Source: Patescibacteria group bacterium (GTDB lineage: Bacteria > Patescibacteriota > Patescibacteriia > PEXW01). Taken from it: a DNA stretch of 64,000 nucleotides. Below the pieces are notes generated by a model. It was not told where the DNA came from, made no database searches, and saw nothing but the letters and a program-made list of their open reading frames with translations. The stretch is taken from assembly GCA_041665345.1 (NCBI GenBank), contig JBAYJA010000001.1, positions 521,206 to 585,205 on the forward strand, in the 5' to 3' direction. Shown here in pieces: positions 28,377 to 37,977 of the stretch (the first letter of the stretch is position 1; every line of letters begins with the position of its first letter). A program made the translations under genes and the position numbers.

Positions 28377-29912
28377 ATGACCAAGCCCGAACCTACAACC
28401 GAAACCAACAGCGGCCAAAGTCGCATTTTGCGGAACACGTCGTACCTGACGGGGGCTTTTGTGCTGCAGAAGGTTATCTCCTTTGTCTACTACACGGTCG
28501 TCGTCAACCACATTGGCGTGTCCCGGTCTGGGGAGTACGATCCGCTCAAGTCGCTCATTCCCATTGCCCTCATCCTCATTGACTTCTCCTTGTCCCAGGT
28601 GGTCACCCGGGAAATTGCCCGCAACCCTGGGCGGATGAAATCCATTCTGGGCAACGTGCTGGGGCTTAAGCTCCTGTTCACCCTGGTGGTCATGACTGCC
28701 TTTGGGTTTGTCACCAACTTTGGGAACTTCAGCCAGGACGTGCAGTCTTCGCTCTACCTCGTTGCGCTCATCGTTGGCTTTGACACGTTCACCCTCACGT
28801 TCTTCGCCGTGCTCCGGGGTTTGCAGAACATGAAGTACGAGGCCATGGGCATGATCATCAACCAAGTCCTGGCCGTGGGCATTGGCTACACCACCCTGCG
28901 CCTGGACCTGGGTCTGCGCGGCATTTTCTTTGCCACCCTGCTGGGTTCTGCTGCAAACTTCGCCTGGTCCACCTACGCCCTGCGCCGGTTCGCCAAAGTC
29001 TGGCCGCGGTTATACTGGGATGTGGTGCTGGTCAAAGAGTTGCTCAAACTGGCTGTCCCGTTCGCCATTGCTGCCATGCTGGTGAAAGTCTACACCTACA
29101 CCGACCGGTACTTGCTGCTCATCCAGAAGGGTTCTATTGCGGTTGGGTACTACGCCGTGGCGCACAAGTTGACGTTCGCCCTGGAGTTCCTCCCTTCCGC
29201 CTTTGCCGCGGGTTTATACCCAGCCATGAGCAATTTCTACGTAAGTTCCAAGGAGAAACTAGCTGACACCTTTGAGCGCGCAATGGTGTACATGATGATC
29301 ATTAGCGTGCCCATGTCCTTGGGCATCTTCGTGCTCGCGAGTAGCTTTGTGGGCCTGGCGTTCAAAGACTTCTTTGCTCCGTCCGCAGACCCCCTTCGGA
29401 TCCTCATCCTCAGCTTGCCGGTCATCTTCATGAACTTCCCGGTGGGTACTTTGCTGAATGCTAGCAACCGCACCCGGTTCAATACCATCAGCATGGGCAT
29501 CACTGTCTTGGTGAACCTCTCCCTCAATACGTTGCTCATCACTCGGTACTCGTACATGGGCGCAGCTGTGGCAACCTTCATTAGCGGCACCGTCTTGTTC
29601 TGCATGGGCATGTACTGGACCAAAGGGGTCATTGACGTGCCCTGGCGCCGTTTGCTGCACCGCCTGGGCCGGGTCTACCTGTCAGCGGTCGTGGCCGGCG
29701 CTGCCATTTTCCCCATCCGGAATGCATTCCCCATTTTCGTCAGCGGCCGGCGGGCTGACGTGGTGCTGTGGACCTTGCTCTTCGTCATCATCTACGTGGC
29801 CGGTCTGTTGTACTTCAAAGGTGTGAAGCGGGAAGAGCTGGCTGCCATTTGGAAAATCATTCGGCGCAAGTCTGCCATTGCCAAAGCTGACGGACCTGCA
29901 GCCGGGAAGTAG
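28377..29912 (+). CDS. Polysaccharide biosynthesis protein / MOP-family flippase (Wzx/MurJ-like)
   Basis: 511 aa with about 14 predicted TM helices, typical of oligosaccharide flippases. Confidence 0.7.
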   Translation: MTKPEPTTETNSGQSRILRNTSYLTGAFVLQKVISFVYYTVVVNHIGVSRSGEYDPLKSLIPIALILIDFSLSQVVTREIARNPGRMKSILGNVLGLKLLFTLVVMTAFGFVTNFGNFSQDVQSSLYLVALIVGFDTFTLTFFAVLRGLQNMKYEAMGMIINQVLAVGIGYTTLRLDLGLRGIFFATLLGSAANFAWSTYALRRFAKVWPRLYWDVVLVKELLKLAVPFAIAAMLVKVYTYTDRYLLLIQKGSIAVGYYAVAHKLTFALEFLPSAFAAGLYPAMSNFYVSSKEKLADTFERAMVYMMIISVPMSLGIFVLASSFVGLAFKDFFAPSADPLRILILSLPVIFMNFPVGTLLNASNRTRFNTISMGITVLVNLSLNTLLITRYSYMGAAVATFISGTVLFCMGMYWTKGVIDVPWRRLLHRLGRVYLSAVVAGAAIFPIRNAFPIFVSGRRADVVLWTLLFVIIYVAGLLYFKGVKREELAAIWKIIRRKSAIAKADGPAAGK

Positions 29913-29918
29913 ACACCC

Positions 29919-31655
29919 ATGAAGGTGCTCCTCCTCACCACTACCTTTCTCCCAGCCTACGGCGGCGTGGAGAAGTTTTTGGCCACGCTGTTTGGAGACC
30001 AAGCTGCTCTCCACGTTGATGTGCTCACCGAACCCGGGGCAGACGTGGTCCCCAAGTGGAAGCTTATTCGTCAGCCCTTGCTCACTGGGAAAATCCGCCC
30101 CCGCTGGCTGCAGACTCTGTGGCAGATTCCAAAGCTCGTTAGCGAGCAAAAGTACGACGTCATTGTGCTGGGCCACTACGCTCCATACCTCGCAGGCGCG
30201 TTCAATGCACGCAAGAAGTTTGGCACCAAAGTCGTGGTTATCACCCATGGGTACGATGTCCTGAGCTATGACACTGCTGGTGGCTTCCGCCGGTGGTGGT
30301 TGCGTCGTCACTTGCGGAGTGCAAACCTGGTGGTCGCCAATAGCCAGTTTACAAACGAGCACCTGAAGCGCTTGGGGGTGGCGGAAAGCCGCAGAACCGT
30401 CCTGACGCCTGGGGCAGAGATTCCCATTGACGTCCTGAGCAAAGCTGAGGCTCGGCAAAAATTACAACTACCTGCTGATAGCCAGGTGCTGCTCACCGTG
30501 GGCCGATTAGCGAACCGTAAAGGCCATACCCTGGCTGTCGACGCCGTGGCGCAGCTTGTGCAAACCTTTCCCAAGTTGCACTACCTTATTGTTGGCCGCG
30601 GGTCAGAAGAGGGGAGTATTCAGCAGCGGATTGCCAAGCACAAGCTGGAAGCGCAGGTACACGTCCTGAACAACGTAGAAGATACCAGCATTGTCTACGC
30701 TGCCGCTGATTTGTTCCTGTTCCCCAGTACCGAAGGCGGGCGGGGGAATGTGGAAGGTTTTGGCTTGGTGAGCGTGGAAGCGCAGATGCACGGGCTACCA
30801 GTCATTGCCAGCAACACCGGCGGCATTCCCGAAACCCTGGAAAAAGGTTTGACCGGCGAGTTGGTAGAACCCGGGGAAGCGGATGAAATTGCCAAAGCCG
30901 TGGAACCGCTGCTGGCTGATCCCTTGAAACTCCAACGTTACAGTGACCGCGCCCGGAAGTTTGCCGTTGAGCATTTCCAGTGGGAAACCCGCCGTACCCG
31001 GATTGTGGAACTACTCACTACTGTCACAAAAGTTCCCAAGGTGAAAGTGAGCGTAGTAATTCCAGCCTTTAACAGTGCCAAGACGCTTGCCACCACCCTC
31101 AACAACCTCAATGCCCAAACCTTGAAGCCAGCAGAGATTGTCGTTGTGGATGATGGTTCTACTGACGACACCTCCGAAATCGCGAAGAAGTTTGACGTGC
31201 AGCTTATCCGCCAGGAGAACAAAGGCGCCCCTGCCGCTCGGAATGCCGGGTTTGCCAAAACCACAGGGGACTTTGTGCTGTACTGTGATGCCGATGTGCA
31301 GCTGCAGCCAACCATGCTGGAAAATATGACTCGAGCCTTGCTCCTGCACCCTGAGGCCGGCTATGCCTACAGTGACTTCAAGTTTGGCTGGCATACGTTT
31401 GATTTGTTTGATTTTGATTCAGAGCGTTTGCAAAAAGCCAACTACATTTCCACCATGTCCTTGCTGCGGAGAGAGAACTGTATTGGCTTTGATGAGAGCT
31501 TGAAACGGTACCAGGACTGGGATTTGTGGAAGAGGTTGCTGGTGAAGGGTGTGAGGGGGATGTGGGTGCCTGGACGACTTTTTAATGCAGGCTTCGGAGG
31601 GATAAGCAAAGATTCTGTGAAGGATGTATGGAAACTCGCAAAGTCGAAAATGTAG
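29919..31655 (+). CDS. Bifunctional glycosyltransferase (N-terminal GT4, C-terminal GT2)
   Basis: GT4 motifs (EGFGLVSVEAQMHGLPVIASNTGG) followed by a GT2 domain (VSVVIPAFN...VVDDGSTDDT). Confidence 0.8.
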   Translation: MKVLLLTTTFLPAYGGVEKFLATLFGDQAALHVDVLTEPGADVVPKWKLIRQPLLTGKIRPRWLQTLWQIPKLVSEQKYDVIVLGHYAPYLAGAFNARKKFGTKVVVITHGYDVLSYDTAGGFRRWWLRRHLRSANLVVANSQFTNEHLKRLGVAESRRTVLTPGAEIPIDVLSKAEARQKLQLPADSQVLLTVGRLANRKGHTLAVDAVAQLVQTFPKLHYLIVGRGSEEGSIQQRIAKHKLEAQVHVLNNVEDTSIVYAAADLFLFPSTEGGRGNVEGFGLVSVEAQMHGLPVIASNTGGIPETLEKGLTGELVEPGEADEIAKAVEPLLADPLKLQRYSDRARKFAVEHFQWETRRTRIVELLTTVTKVPKVKVSVVIPAFNSAKTLATTLNNLNAQTLKPAEIVVVDDGSTDDTSEIAKKFDVQLIRQENKGAPAARNAGFAKTTGDFVLYCDADVQLQPTMLENMTRALLLHPEAGYAYSDFKFGWHTFDLFDFDSERLQKANYISTMSLLRRENCIGFDESLKRYQDWDLWKRLLVKGVRGMWVPGRLFNAGFGGISKDSVKDVWKLAKSKM

Positions 31656-31703
31656 TAAATTGGTATAGCCGATCGATTTTGCCTCGGAAAAGGAGAAGTG
31701 AGG

Positions 31704-31731
31704 GTAAAAAAATCCCATCGGGTGATGGGAT
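31704..31731 (-). terminator. Rho-independent terminator (minus-strand gene; possibly bidirectional)
   Basis: tcccatcgggtgatggga hairpin preceded by an A7 run, giving a T-run on the minus strand. Confidence 0.55.
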
Positions 31732-31750
31732 GTAAATTCTGGGAGGTGTA

Positions 31751-32389
31751 TTAGACCCCCTGGGTCAATTTGTGTTGGTACCATGGAGCAATGTCGAGGT
31801 GCCACCCGAGCTCCTGGGTTGCTTTCCACAGGAGAAGCTCAATTGCGGCGAGGCGATCGTTCGGGTGTTCTTCGACGAGTAGCCTGACGGCTTTGACAAG
31901 GTTGAATGCAACCTTGTCGCAGGCATAGCGCTCGGTTTTGCCGAGGCACTCAATGAGCAGATCGAGATTGTCGAGGACCCCTATGAACCCAATGGACTCA
32001 CCAGTCATGGAATCACGGTAGTACTCGTATGCATCGTCAGAAACGGTACCATTCACATAGAGCCCTGGTATGACTGATTGGGGAGGAGCGTCACGCACGC
32101 CGTCAAGCGGGTAATAGCCGAGACCGCCCAAGCCGTTCTCGAGCTTATTGACGATATAGCCCGGTGAATTGCTCGGTCCCTCCGGTGTCATCAGCGCGAT
32201 TACCGCACGCATGATAAGTTCACACGCATTGTGCGGAGAATAGTCCTTGCCGCTTAATGCCAGGCAATACTGGACCGTTTCTGCGCGGGCTAAGAGATCG
32301 GAGCGGCTGATCGTGCCGTTAGTCGATGTGACGTATGCATGGGTCAACGGGATTTCCCCCGGCTTGATCCTAATGGAGATAGGGTTCAC
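31751..32389 (-). CDS. Hypothetical protein
   Basis: 212 aa, native GC, no recognised family. Confidence 0.45.
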   Translation of the reverse strand: MNPISIRIKPGEIPLTHAYVTSTNGTISRSDLLARAETVQYCLALSGKDYSPHNACELIMRAVIALMTPEGPSNSPGYIVNKLENGLGGLGYYPLDGVRDAPPQSVIPGLYVNGTVSDDAYEYYRDSMTGESIGFIGVLDNLDLLIECLGKTERYACDKVAFNLVKAVRLLVEEHPNDRLAAIELLLWKATQELGWHLDIAPWYQHKLTQGV

Positions 32390-32700
32390 TTTTCCTCCTG
32401 GGAAGATGCTTTGTTTTGAGTTTTTGCTTTCGTAAAGATTACCTGTGATTTACACTTATGGCAAGGTCAGTAGTTGATTTTTGGCTAGGAAAGGGGGAGA
32501 ATGGGGGCATGATCGAACTCAAGACCAAGAAAACCAAGGCATCAAGCAGCTCAAGAAAAAGCTCTATAGCAAAGTCCGTCGAGGTCCGGTTGAGGGGAAG
32601 GCTGTGAGCAGGGATTGAGGTAGGAGAGGGTTGTTTTGGTTGGTTTTCGTCTCGCCGGCAGGCTTTGATTTATCGGCAGTATTTAGAGTAGACTAGCTTT

Positions 32701-34671
32701 ATGAAGATTACTTCTGTTTCAATATCTAATATCCTTAGTTTTCCTCATAAGGAAGCATTTTCTACTCCCACTATTACCTTTCAAGGCGAACGATCAGGAG
32801 GAAGTCAGCATATTTTGATTGGTCCAAACGGGTCGGGGAAAAGTAATTTTATTGAAATAATCAACCAGATTTTCCAAAGGGTTCTGTTTCAGCCTATTGT
32901 CTTTAATGAAAGCTCTCTAAATCAATTTAAAAGGACTGGTAATAAGAATGGCTTAGGGCAAACAATCCAGACACCACAAAAAAGCCCCACTAGTTATATT
33001 GAAAAAAATTATTATTCAACCCAGATGGATAAAAAAGTAATTATAGAGATTGAACTAAGCGATAAAGACCAGGAAAACATAATCTTTCTTGGACACAATA
33101 TTGAACAAATAAATGAAATGATTGATAGGTATGGAAGTTCAGGCACTCCGGTGATTCATAAATTCTCAACCAGTTTTGATTTAAACGAACTTGCCAAAAT
33201 TCACAAGTTAGAGTTAACAATTGAAGATAATTCACCGACAAATACCTATACTGTAAACGTAAATGGAAATACCCCAGAAAAGCAGCTTGCGAGTGAATAC
33301 CTTCAATTTTTTAAACTTTTAAAAAGGCTTATATATATTCATAACAGTTATGAGATAGGAGAGCGGGGAACTTCTTGGAAAGAAATAAACGAAAATTTCG
33401 TTTTGCTCGGAAGCTACAGGAATTACCATAGCTTTAATGAATCAGTCGATGTTAATCCTGATCCCGAGGCTCAATTTAGGGCATTGGATGAGAGGCGATT
33501 AAATGAAAATACTAAGAGTGGTGACAATAACGAACCAGCTGTCATGGAACTTGTTCGCCGAAAAGTAGCAAATGAATACCATCGTTTAATACATAATCCG
33601 GAAGCAACTGTTAAAAAAGCACCCGAGTTAATAAAAAGCTTCCCATTGCTAAAGAAAATTAATGAAAAGTTAAATTCTTTTTTAGGTATAACCCTAGAAA
33701 TCACTGATCCAGAATATAGGGATTTAAGCTATGAAATGTTTTTTTCCGACAATAACGCAGGTGGTCAAAGGGTGAATTTCTCCGGTTTAAGTTCAGGCCA
33801 AAAAAGTATAGTACACCTTATTTTTACTTTGTTTGGATACGATCTTGATAACGGTTCTATAATAATTGATGAGCCAGAACTTCATTTGCATCCTCAAATG
33901 CAACAAAAGTACTTAAAACTTATTAAAGAATTAAAGGAAGAAAAGAACATACAATTTGTTATCGCTACTCACTCCCCAATTTTTGTAAATTCTGAAACTA
34001 TTAAGGACACATATCGATTTTTTATGGACCAGAAAGAGACAAAAATTATTAATCCAAAGATCACGAGTTCAGAATATGAACTAATCAAAATTCTGGATTA
34101 TACAAATTCTTCAAAGATCTTTTTCTCTGAAAAAGCAATTCTAGTCGAAGGCGAGTCTGACGAGTTTTTTTATAGGTACTTCATTGAAGAATATCTGAAA
34201 ACAGAATTCCCATCTCTACAAAGTCAACAGTTAAAAACTTATGAAGTTTTTAATATTAGTGGGAAAGGAAGTAGTAAAAGATGGAGAAAGTTTTTAGAAG
34301 ATTTTAAAGTCGATGTCTCTTTTGTGGCAGATTGGGACAATATCGCTAACTTTAAAATTGAAAATGTACAAGAAATGGCGAATCTTACAAGCAAGACTCA
34401 AACTGATTATTGCGGAATAACTGAAGAATTGATCAAGAATCATAACGTAAAGTTTAGTGAGATTTCGTCAGCTATTGATAGCCTCAAAGCGTCTAAGAAT
34501 TACATATTAAAATTAGGGTCCCTTGAGTGTTACCTAGGGTTGTCAGGAAAGGAAAAAGTGGAAGAAGTCATTGATTTTTGTCATACAAGATTTTTAAGCT
34601 GGAAAATAGAACCCGTCTATGAGAACAAACGGCTTGAATTAGAAAATATTTTTAAAGGCATACTAGTATAA
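32701..34671 (+). CDS. OLD-family ATP-dependent endonuclease (ABC-type ATPase + TOPRIM), class-1 OLD or fused PARIS AriA/AriB-like
   Basis: Walker A GPNGSGKSN, ABC signature-like LSSGQKS, Walker B IIIDEPELHLHP, H-loop ATHSP. TOPRIM motifs: ILVEGESDE, ISGKGS, VADWDN. Strongly AT-rich compared with the flanks. Confidence 0.8.
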   Translation: MKITSVSISNILSFPHKEAFSTPTITFQGERSGGSQHILIGPNGSGKSNFIEIINQIFQRVLFQPIVFNESSLNQFKRTGNKNGLGQTIQTPQKSPTSYIEKNYYSTQMDKKVIIEIELSDKDQENIIFLGHNIEQINEMIDRYGSSGTPVIHKFSTSFDLNELAKIHKLELTIEDNSPTNTYTVNVNGNTPEKQLASEYLQFFKLLKRLIYIHNSYEIGERGTSWKEINENFVLLGSYRNYHSFNESVDVNPDPEAQFRALDERRLNENTKSGDNNEPAVMELVRRKVANEYHRLIHNPEATVKKAPELIKSFPLLKKINEKLNSFLGITLEITDPEYRDLSYEMFFSDNNAGGQRVNFSGLSSGQKSIVHLIFTLFGYDLDNGSIIIDEPELHLHPQMQQKYLKLIKELKEEKNIQFVIATHSPIFVNSETIKDTYRFFMDQKETKIINPKITSSEYELIKILDYTNSSKIFFSEKAILVEGESDEFFYRYFIEEYLKTEFPSLQSQQLKTYEVFNISGKGSSKRWRKFLEDFKVDVSFVADWDNIANFKIENVQEMANLTSKTQTDYCGITEELIKNHNVKFSEISSAIDSLKASKNYILKLGSLECYLGLSGKEKVEEVIDFCHTRFLSWKIEPVYENKRLELENIFKGILV

Positions 34672-34710
34672 AAAAATCTAGGCTCATGCCCAAAACCCCA
34701 CTTCAACCCC

Positions 34711-35112
34711 ATGAAATATCCCCTCACAATCATCGCCATCATCACTCTTCTCCTGACCGCCACGGCATGCACAAAGAATACTCCAACGACTAACACGCCG
34801 GTTGTGGTCAATACTATAGTGAATCAAGGCACCGCACCTACCGAATCCGGATGTCCGCAAGAAGGGCATATTAAATCTCCGGCCAGCACAAACGCGGCGA
34901 CGATTACATTTGATAACCAAACTGGCGCTGACCTGAAAGTTTACTGGCTCGACTTTAACGGGGCGCGGAAGTTTTATACCGACGTGAAAGCGCATAGCAA
35001 AAAAGACCAAGCCACCTGGGTCGGACATGTATGGGTCGTGGCTGATGGTGCCGGACAATGCGTCAAGCTTCATTCCGCCAACGCCGTCGCTCAAACGCTC
35101 GTGATTGATTAA
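34711..35112 (+). CDS. Lipoprotein, N/T-rich linker family
   Basis: Signal peptide and lipobox LLTATAC, then a TNTPVVVNTIVNQG linker. Confidence 0.6.
   Translation: MKYPLTIIAIITLLLTATACTKNTPTTNTPVVVNTIVNQGTAPTESGCPQEGHIKSPASTNAATITFDNQTGADLKVYWLDFNGARKFYTDVKAHSKKDQATWVGHVWVVADGAGQCVKLHSANAVAQTLVID
35041..35112 (+). repeat. Direct repeat copy 1 (3' end of lipoprotein gene)
   Basis: About 86% identical to 35779-35850. Confidence 0.8.
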
Positions 35113-35148
35113 GAAGGCTCAGCTTTACATTGCTTAACAACCAACTGT

Positions 35149-35763
35149 ATGCGTAAAATAGTCACAACGACATTCATTACCCTTGATGGGGTCATGCAAG
35201 CGCCGGGCGGCCCAGATGAGGATAAAGCCAGTGGGTTTGCGTTTGGTGGATGGCAAGCGCCGTTCGTGGATGGTGAGCTCATGAAGACTATGGGCGAATG
35301 GCTGGGGCAGCCGTTCGAACTGCTCCTTGGCCGAAAAACCTACGATATCTTCGCAGCGTACTGGCCCTCGAATACGAGTGTGCCGGTTGTGGCCGAGCCA
35401 TTCAATGCAACCAGAAAGTACGTCGTTTCACACAATCCTGATTTCAAGCCCACGTGGAATAATTCCGTGGTGGTGTCTGGCGATGTTGCAGCCGAAATTG
35501 CAAAACTCAAAGCCATGGAGGGCAAGGATCTTTGGGTGCATGGCAGTGGGAGCCTTATTCAGACCTTGCTTAAGCACCAGTTGATCGATCGGATGCACCT
35601 CTGGATCCATCCACTGACCATTGGCTCTGGCAAGAAATTGTTCGAACAGGGAACCCAGCCGGCGACGTGGAAACTGGTTGAGGCAAAGATTGGGACCTCG
35701 GGGATAATCTTAGCCACCTATGAGCCTGCCGGGCCGCTGGAAACGGGGACCGTGGGGACATAA
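35149..35763 (+). CDS. Dihydrofolate reductase family protein (RibD C-terminal domain-like)
   Basis: TFITLDGVMQAPGGPDED...LLLGRKTYD...WVHGSGSLIQTLL matches the bacterial DHFR-like/RibD_C family. Confidence 0.7.
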   Translation: MRKIVTTTFITLDGVMQAPGGPDEDKASGFAFGGWQAPFVDGELMKTMGEWLGQPFELLLGRKTYDIFAAYWPSNTSVPVVAEPFNATRKYVVSHNPDFKPTWNNSVVVSGDVAAEIAKLKAMEGKDLWVHGSGSLIQTLLKHQLIDRMHLWIHPLTIGSGKKLFEQGTQPATWKLVEAKIGTSGIILATYEPAGPLETGTVGT

Positions 35764-35778
35764 ACATTCACTTTTTTG

Positions 35779-35850
35779 GCTGATGGTGCCGGACAATGCG
35801 TCAAACTCCATTCAGCCAACGCCGTTAGCCAAACGCTGGTGATTAATTAG
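35779..35850 (+). repeat. Direct repeat copy 2 (remnant of lipoprotein 3' end; candidate pseudogene fragment)
   Basis: It would encode LADGAGQCVKLHSANAVSQTLVIN*, versus VADGAGQCVKLHSANAVAQTLVID* in copy 1. It is in the same frame as the DHFR-like gene and directly after its stop. Confidence 0.75.
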
Positions 35851-35875
35851 CAAGCTTAATTGGTTATTAACGCCT

Positions 35876-36370
35876 ATGAAAAAAACAATTTGTTTCCTCA
35901 GCACCGTGCTATTTGCCCTTCTCCTCTCCGGCTGTACGTCTGGCAGCACAACGAACACGACAAATACTACTGGTGTGGTGAATACCATAAATCAGGCCGT
36001 GGCGACAGCGAATGAGAACAGTAATGCAAGTGTCGCAAGCGATACAGATAAAGTATGTGGCTGGGTAAATAAATCTGATGTGATTATGAAGCTCAACTTT
36101 GCCGATGGTGTGGCAAAAGATACTTCGTACGAAGCAGGGTTTTATTTGTCAGAAATAAATCTCTTTGCCCGGCTCGCCCGCAAGGAGTGTGATTACCGGA
36201 CTGGTTTCAGCTACGAAGAGCTGAAGGGGAAGGGCGCAGTTCAGCTGGGCGTGCGGGGGTATACGGATAGCAATCGGCGCCAGCTGGCAAACGAGCCGCT
36301 CAGTGTTGTCATCGGTGCTGATGGCCATCCCAATATTGGGTCTGCTATCGAAGTAACGGTTTTGGATTAA
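35876..36370 (+). CDS. Lipoprotein, N/T-rich linker family
   Basis: Lipobox LLLSGC, then TNTTNTTGVVNTINQA. Confidence 0.6.
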   Translation: MKKTICFLSTVLFALLLSGCTSGSTTNTTNTTGVVNTINQAVATANENSNASVASDTDKVCGWVNKSDVIMKLNFADGVAKDTSYEAGFYLSEINLFARLARKECDYRTGFSYEELKGKGAVQLGVRGYTDSNRRQLANEPLSVVIGADGHPNIGSAIEVTVLD

Positions 36371-36531
36371 TGAAAAGAATAACCCTCTCCATCCTCGCAA
36401 TACTGCTCGGAGTATTTCTCTTTATCTACGGCGGAGCTGATGATAGTCCTGGCGCCCAAGGACTTGGGCTGCTCCTGGTGCTTTTTGGGGTATACTGGTT
36501 CTGGAAGATGAAGAAGAAAAAGGCTGTCTAA
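36370..36531 (+). CDS. Small two-TM membrane protein
   Basis: 53 aa, MKRITLSILAILLGVFLFIYGG...LLLVLFGVYWFWKMKKKKAV. Its start overlaps the upstream stop (TAATG). Not in the ORF track because it is under 60 aa. Confidence 0.45.
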   Translation: MKRITLSILAILLGVFLFIYGGADDSPGAQGLGLLLVLFGVYWFWKMKKKKAV

Positions 36532-36556
36532 CATTCCCCGTTTGTATGTAATCCGT

Positions 36557-36590
36557 TTTACTCAATAAAAAGCACCCCGTTGAAAAACTC
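36557..36590 (-). terminator. Rho-independent terminator for minus-strand lipoprotein gene
   Basis: ccccgttgaaaaactcaacgggg hairpin preceded by an A-run on the + strand. Confidence 0.55.
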
Positions 36591-36627
36591 AACGGGGGCT
36601 GAAATGTGCTGATTTGACCGAAGTGGC

Positions 36628-37086
36628 TTACTTATTCAAAAAGTCAAACAGAGCTTTCTGGGAGGGAGTCAGGTCTTCGACGAGTATCATTTCTTCATCC
36701 CATTTGGTCTTTCCTGGGCGAATGAATGAAAGGTAAATCCTTTTTACTCGCTCGCAATAAACAGTATGACCAACTCTTCCTGCCGCATCAACAAGATCGT
36801 CGGTGTCTTCGTAGTCTTCCGTTACGAGTCTATTCGTGGCTCCAGATACCGTGCCAATGATCAGACTCGCTTCCTTGTCTTTGCATGAATCCGGTACTTC
36901 GGTTGAGTAGATCACTTTGACTTCGGCGCTTTCCATTCGTGCCGCCTGCAGAAGATTGACCAACGTGATGTTGTCAGTGGATTCAGCTTTCGCCTCTCCT
37001 TCAGAACTCCCGCTGCAGCCAACTAGCGAAATGCTTGCGAACATTGCGGCGAAAAGCAGGGTCAGTAGAATTGTACTCTTTTTCAA
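36628..37086 (-). CDS. Lipoprotein
   Basis: Signal peptide and lipobox SLVGC. Confidence 0.6.
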   Translation of the reverse strand: MKKSTILLTLLFAAMFASISLVGCSGSSEGEAKAESTDNITLVNLLQAARMESAEVKVIYSTEVPDSCKDKEASLIIGTVSGATNRLVTEDYEDTDDLVDAAGRVGHTVYCERVKRIYLSFIRPGKTKWDEEMILVEDLTPSQKALFDFLNK

Positions 37087-37268
37087 GGTGCCTCCTAGAT
37101 ATTAGGTGTTGGTGCTTGGTTTCTTCGTTTCGTAATCAAAAACAATAGCACAAATTGATTATTTGTCAATAGCATTAGGGAAAGGGTTGACCGTTAGCAC
37201 CAATAACGAAGTTTTCAATTCGCACGGGAGGGGAAGGTGACAAGAGAGAGCCGGTATGCTATAGCTAC

Positions 37269-37628
37269 ATGCACACTATGGCGCAAATTCAACTACTAAC
37301 GACAGCACTGACGAAAGCCGAGTTGCAAGAAATTGCAAACGAACGTTTTGGTGATATGGTGAAAGGTGTTGTGGACGTTGCGCAGGGGCTTTTGGCACTT
37401 GGCGGAGAGCTCCATGCGGATATTGAAGCGTTTCTCCTGGATCATGGCTCCGTGCAGGCAAATTTGTGGGGCATAAACCTCTACCCATCAATGGATTTCC
37501 CGGGTATGGTTGAATTCGATTCAATGATCAATATTCGTCCCAGCCAAGGAAATTCGTCCCGCGGGGTTGAAAATGAGGATCTCCAGAAAAAGATTCTGGC
37601 AGTTGTACAGAAGCACCTTGTCCAATGA
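37269..37628 (+). CDS. Hypothetical protein
   Basis: 119 aa ORF. Confidence 0.4.
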   Translation: MHTMAQIQLLTTALTKAELQEIANERFGDMVKGVVDVAQGLLALGGELHADIEAFLLDHGSVQANLWGINLYPSMDFPGMVEFDSMINIRPSQGNSSRGVENEDLQKKILAVVQKHLVQ

Positions 37629-37948
37629 GCCAAGCACAGCATCATGACCTGGCGCAGGGACGGTGGCAAAATATGACTTTAGCCGAACAGCTTGGGAACG
37701 TTGGAAGTGAGTACAGCCGAGCACGAAAGTGGAAGGAGCAGGGGAACGAACAGTTTTTTGGTAAAGCTTTTTCTCGGCTCCTTGAGCTTCTGGATTTGAC
37801 GATTACTGATAACCGCTGGCACGGACCACGTCGCCGCGAACTCACTCGGGTGCGTAGTGGGGTATGCGAAGAGCTCCTGGGGAGAGAAGCAGCAGGAATG
37901 AGCTTCAACAAGTACTTTGATGTCATGGCTGTAGCGGCGCGAAGGTAG
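37625..37948 (+). CDS. Hypothetical protein
   Basis: 107 aa. Overlaps the upstream stop (ATGA). Confidence 0.4.
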   Translation: MSQAQHHDLAQGRWQNMTLAEQLGNVGSEYSRARKWKEQGNEQFFGKAFSRLLELLDLTITDNRWHGPRRRELTRVRSGVCEELLGREAAGMSFNKYFDVMAVAARR

Positions 37949-37977
37949 AATCTTCGCGTTGTTTCAGAGTAATCACT

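Noticed and set aside
32510-32617. 35-aa ORF (MIELKTKKTKASSS...) upstream of the OLD gene with a G-rich SD-like sequence
   Set aside because: It is very short and low-complexity (K/S-rich) with no homolog signal. It may be a leader peptide, but the sequence alone does not support that.
32701-36370. Gabija (GajA+GajB) or Septu assignment for the OLD-like gene
   Set aside because: No UvrD-like helicase (GajB) or HNH gene (PtuB) is adjacent. The downstream genes are lipoproteins and a DHFR-family gene. A stand-alone class-1 OLD or fused PARIS-like protein is more consistent.
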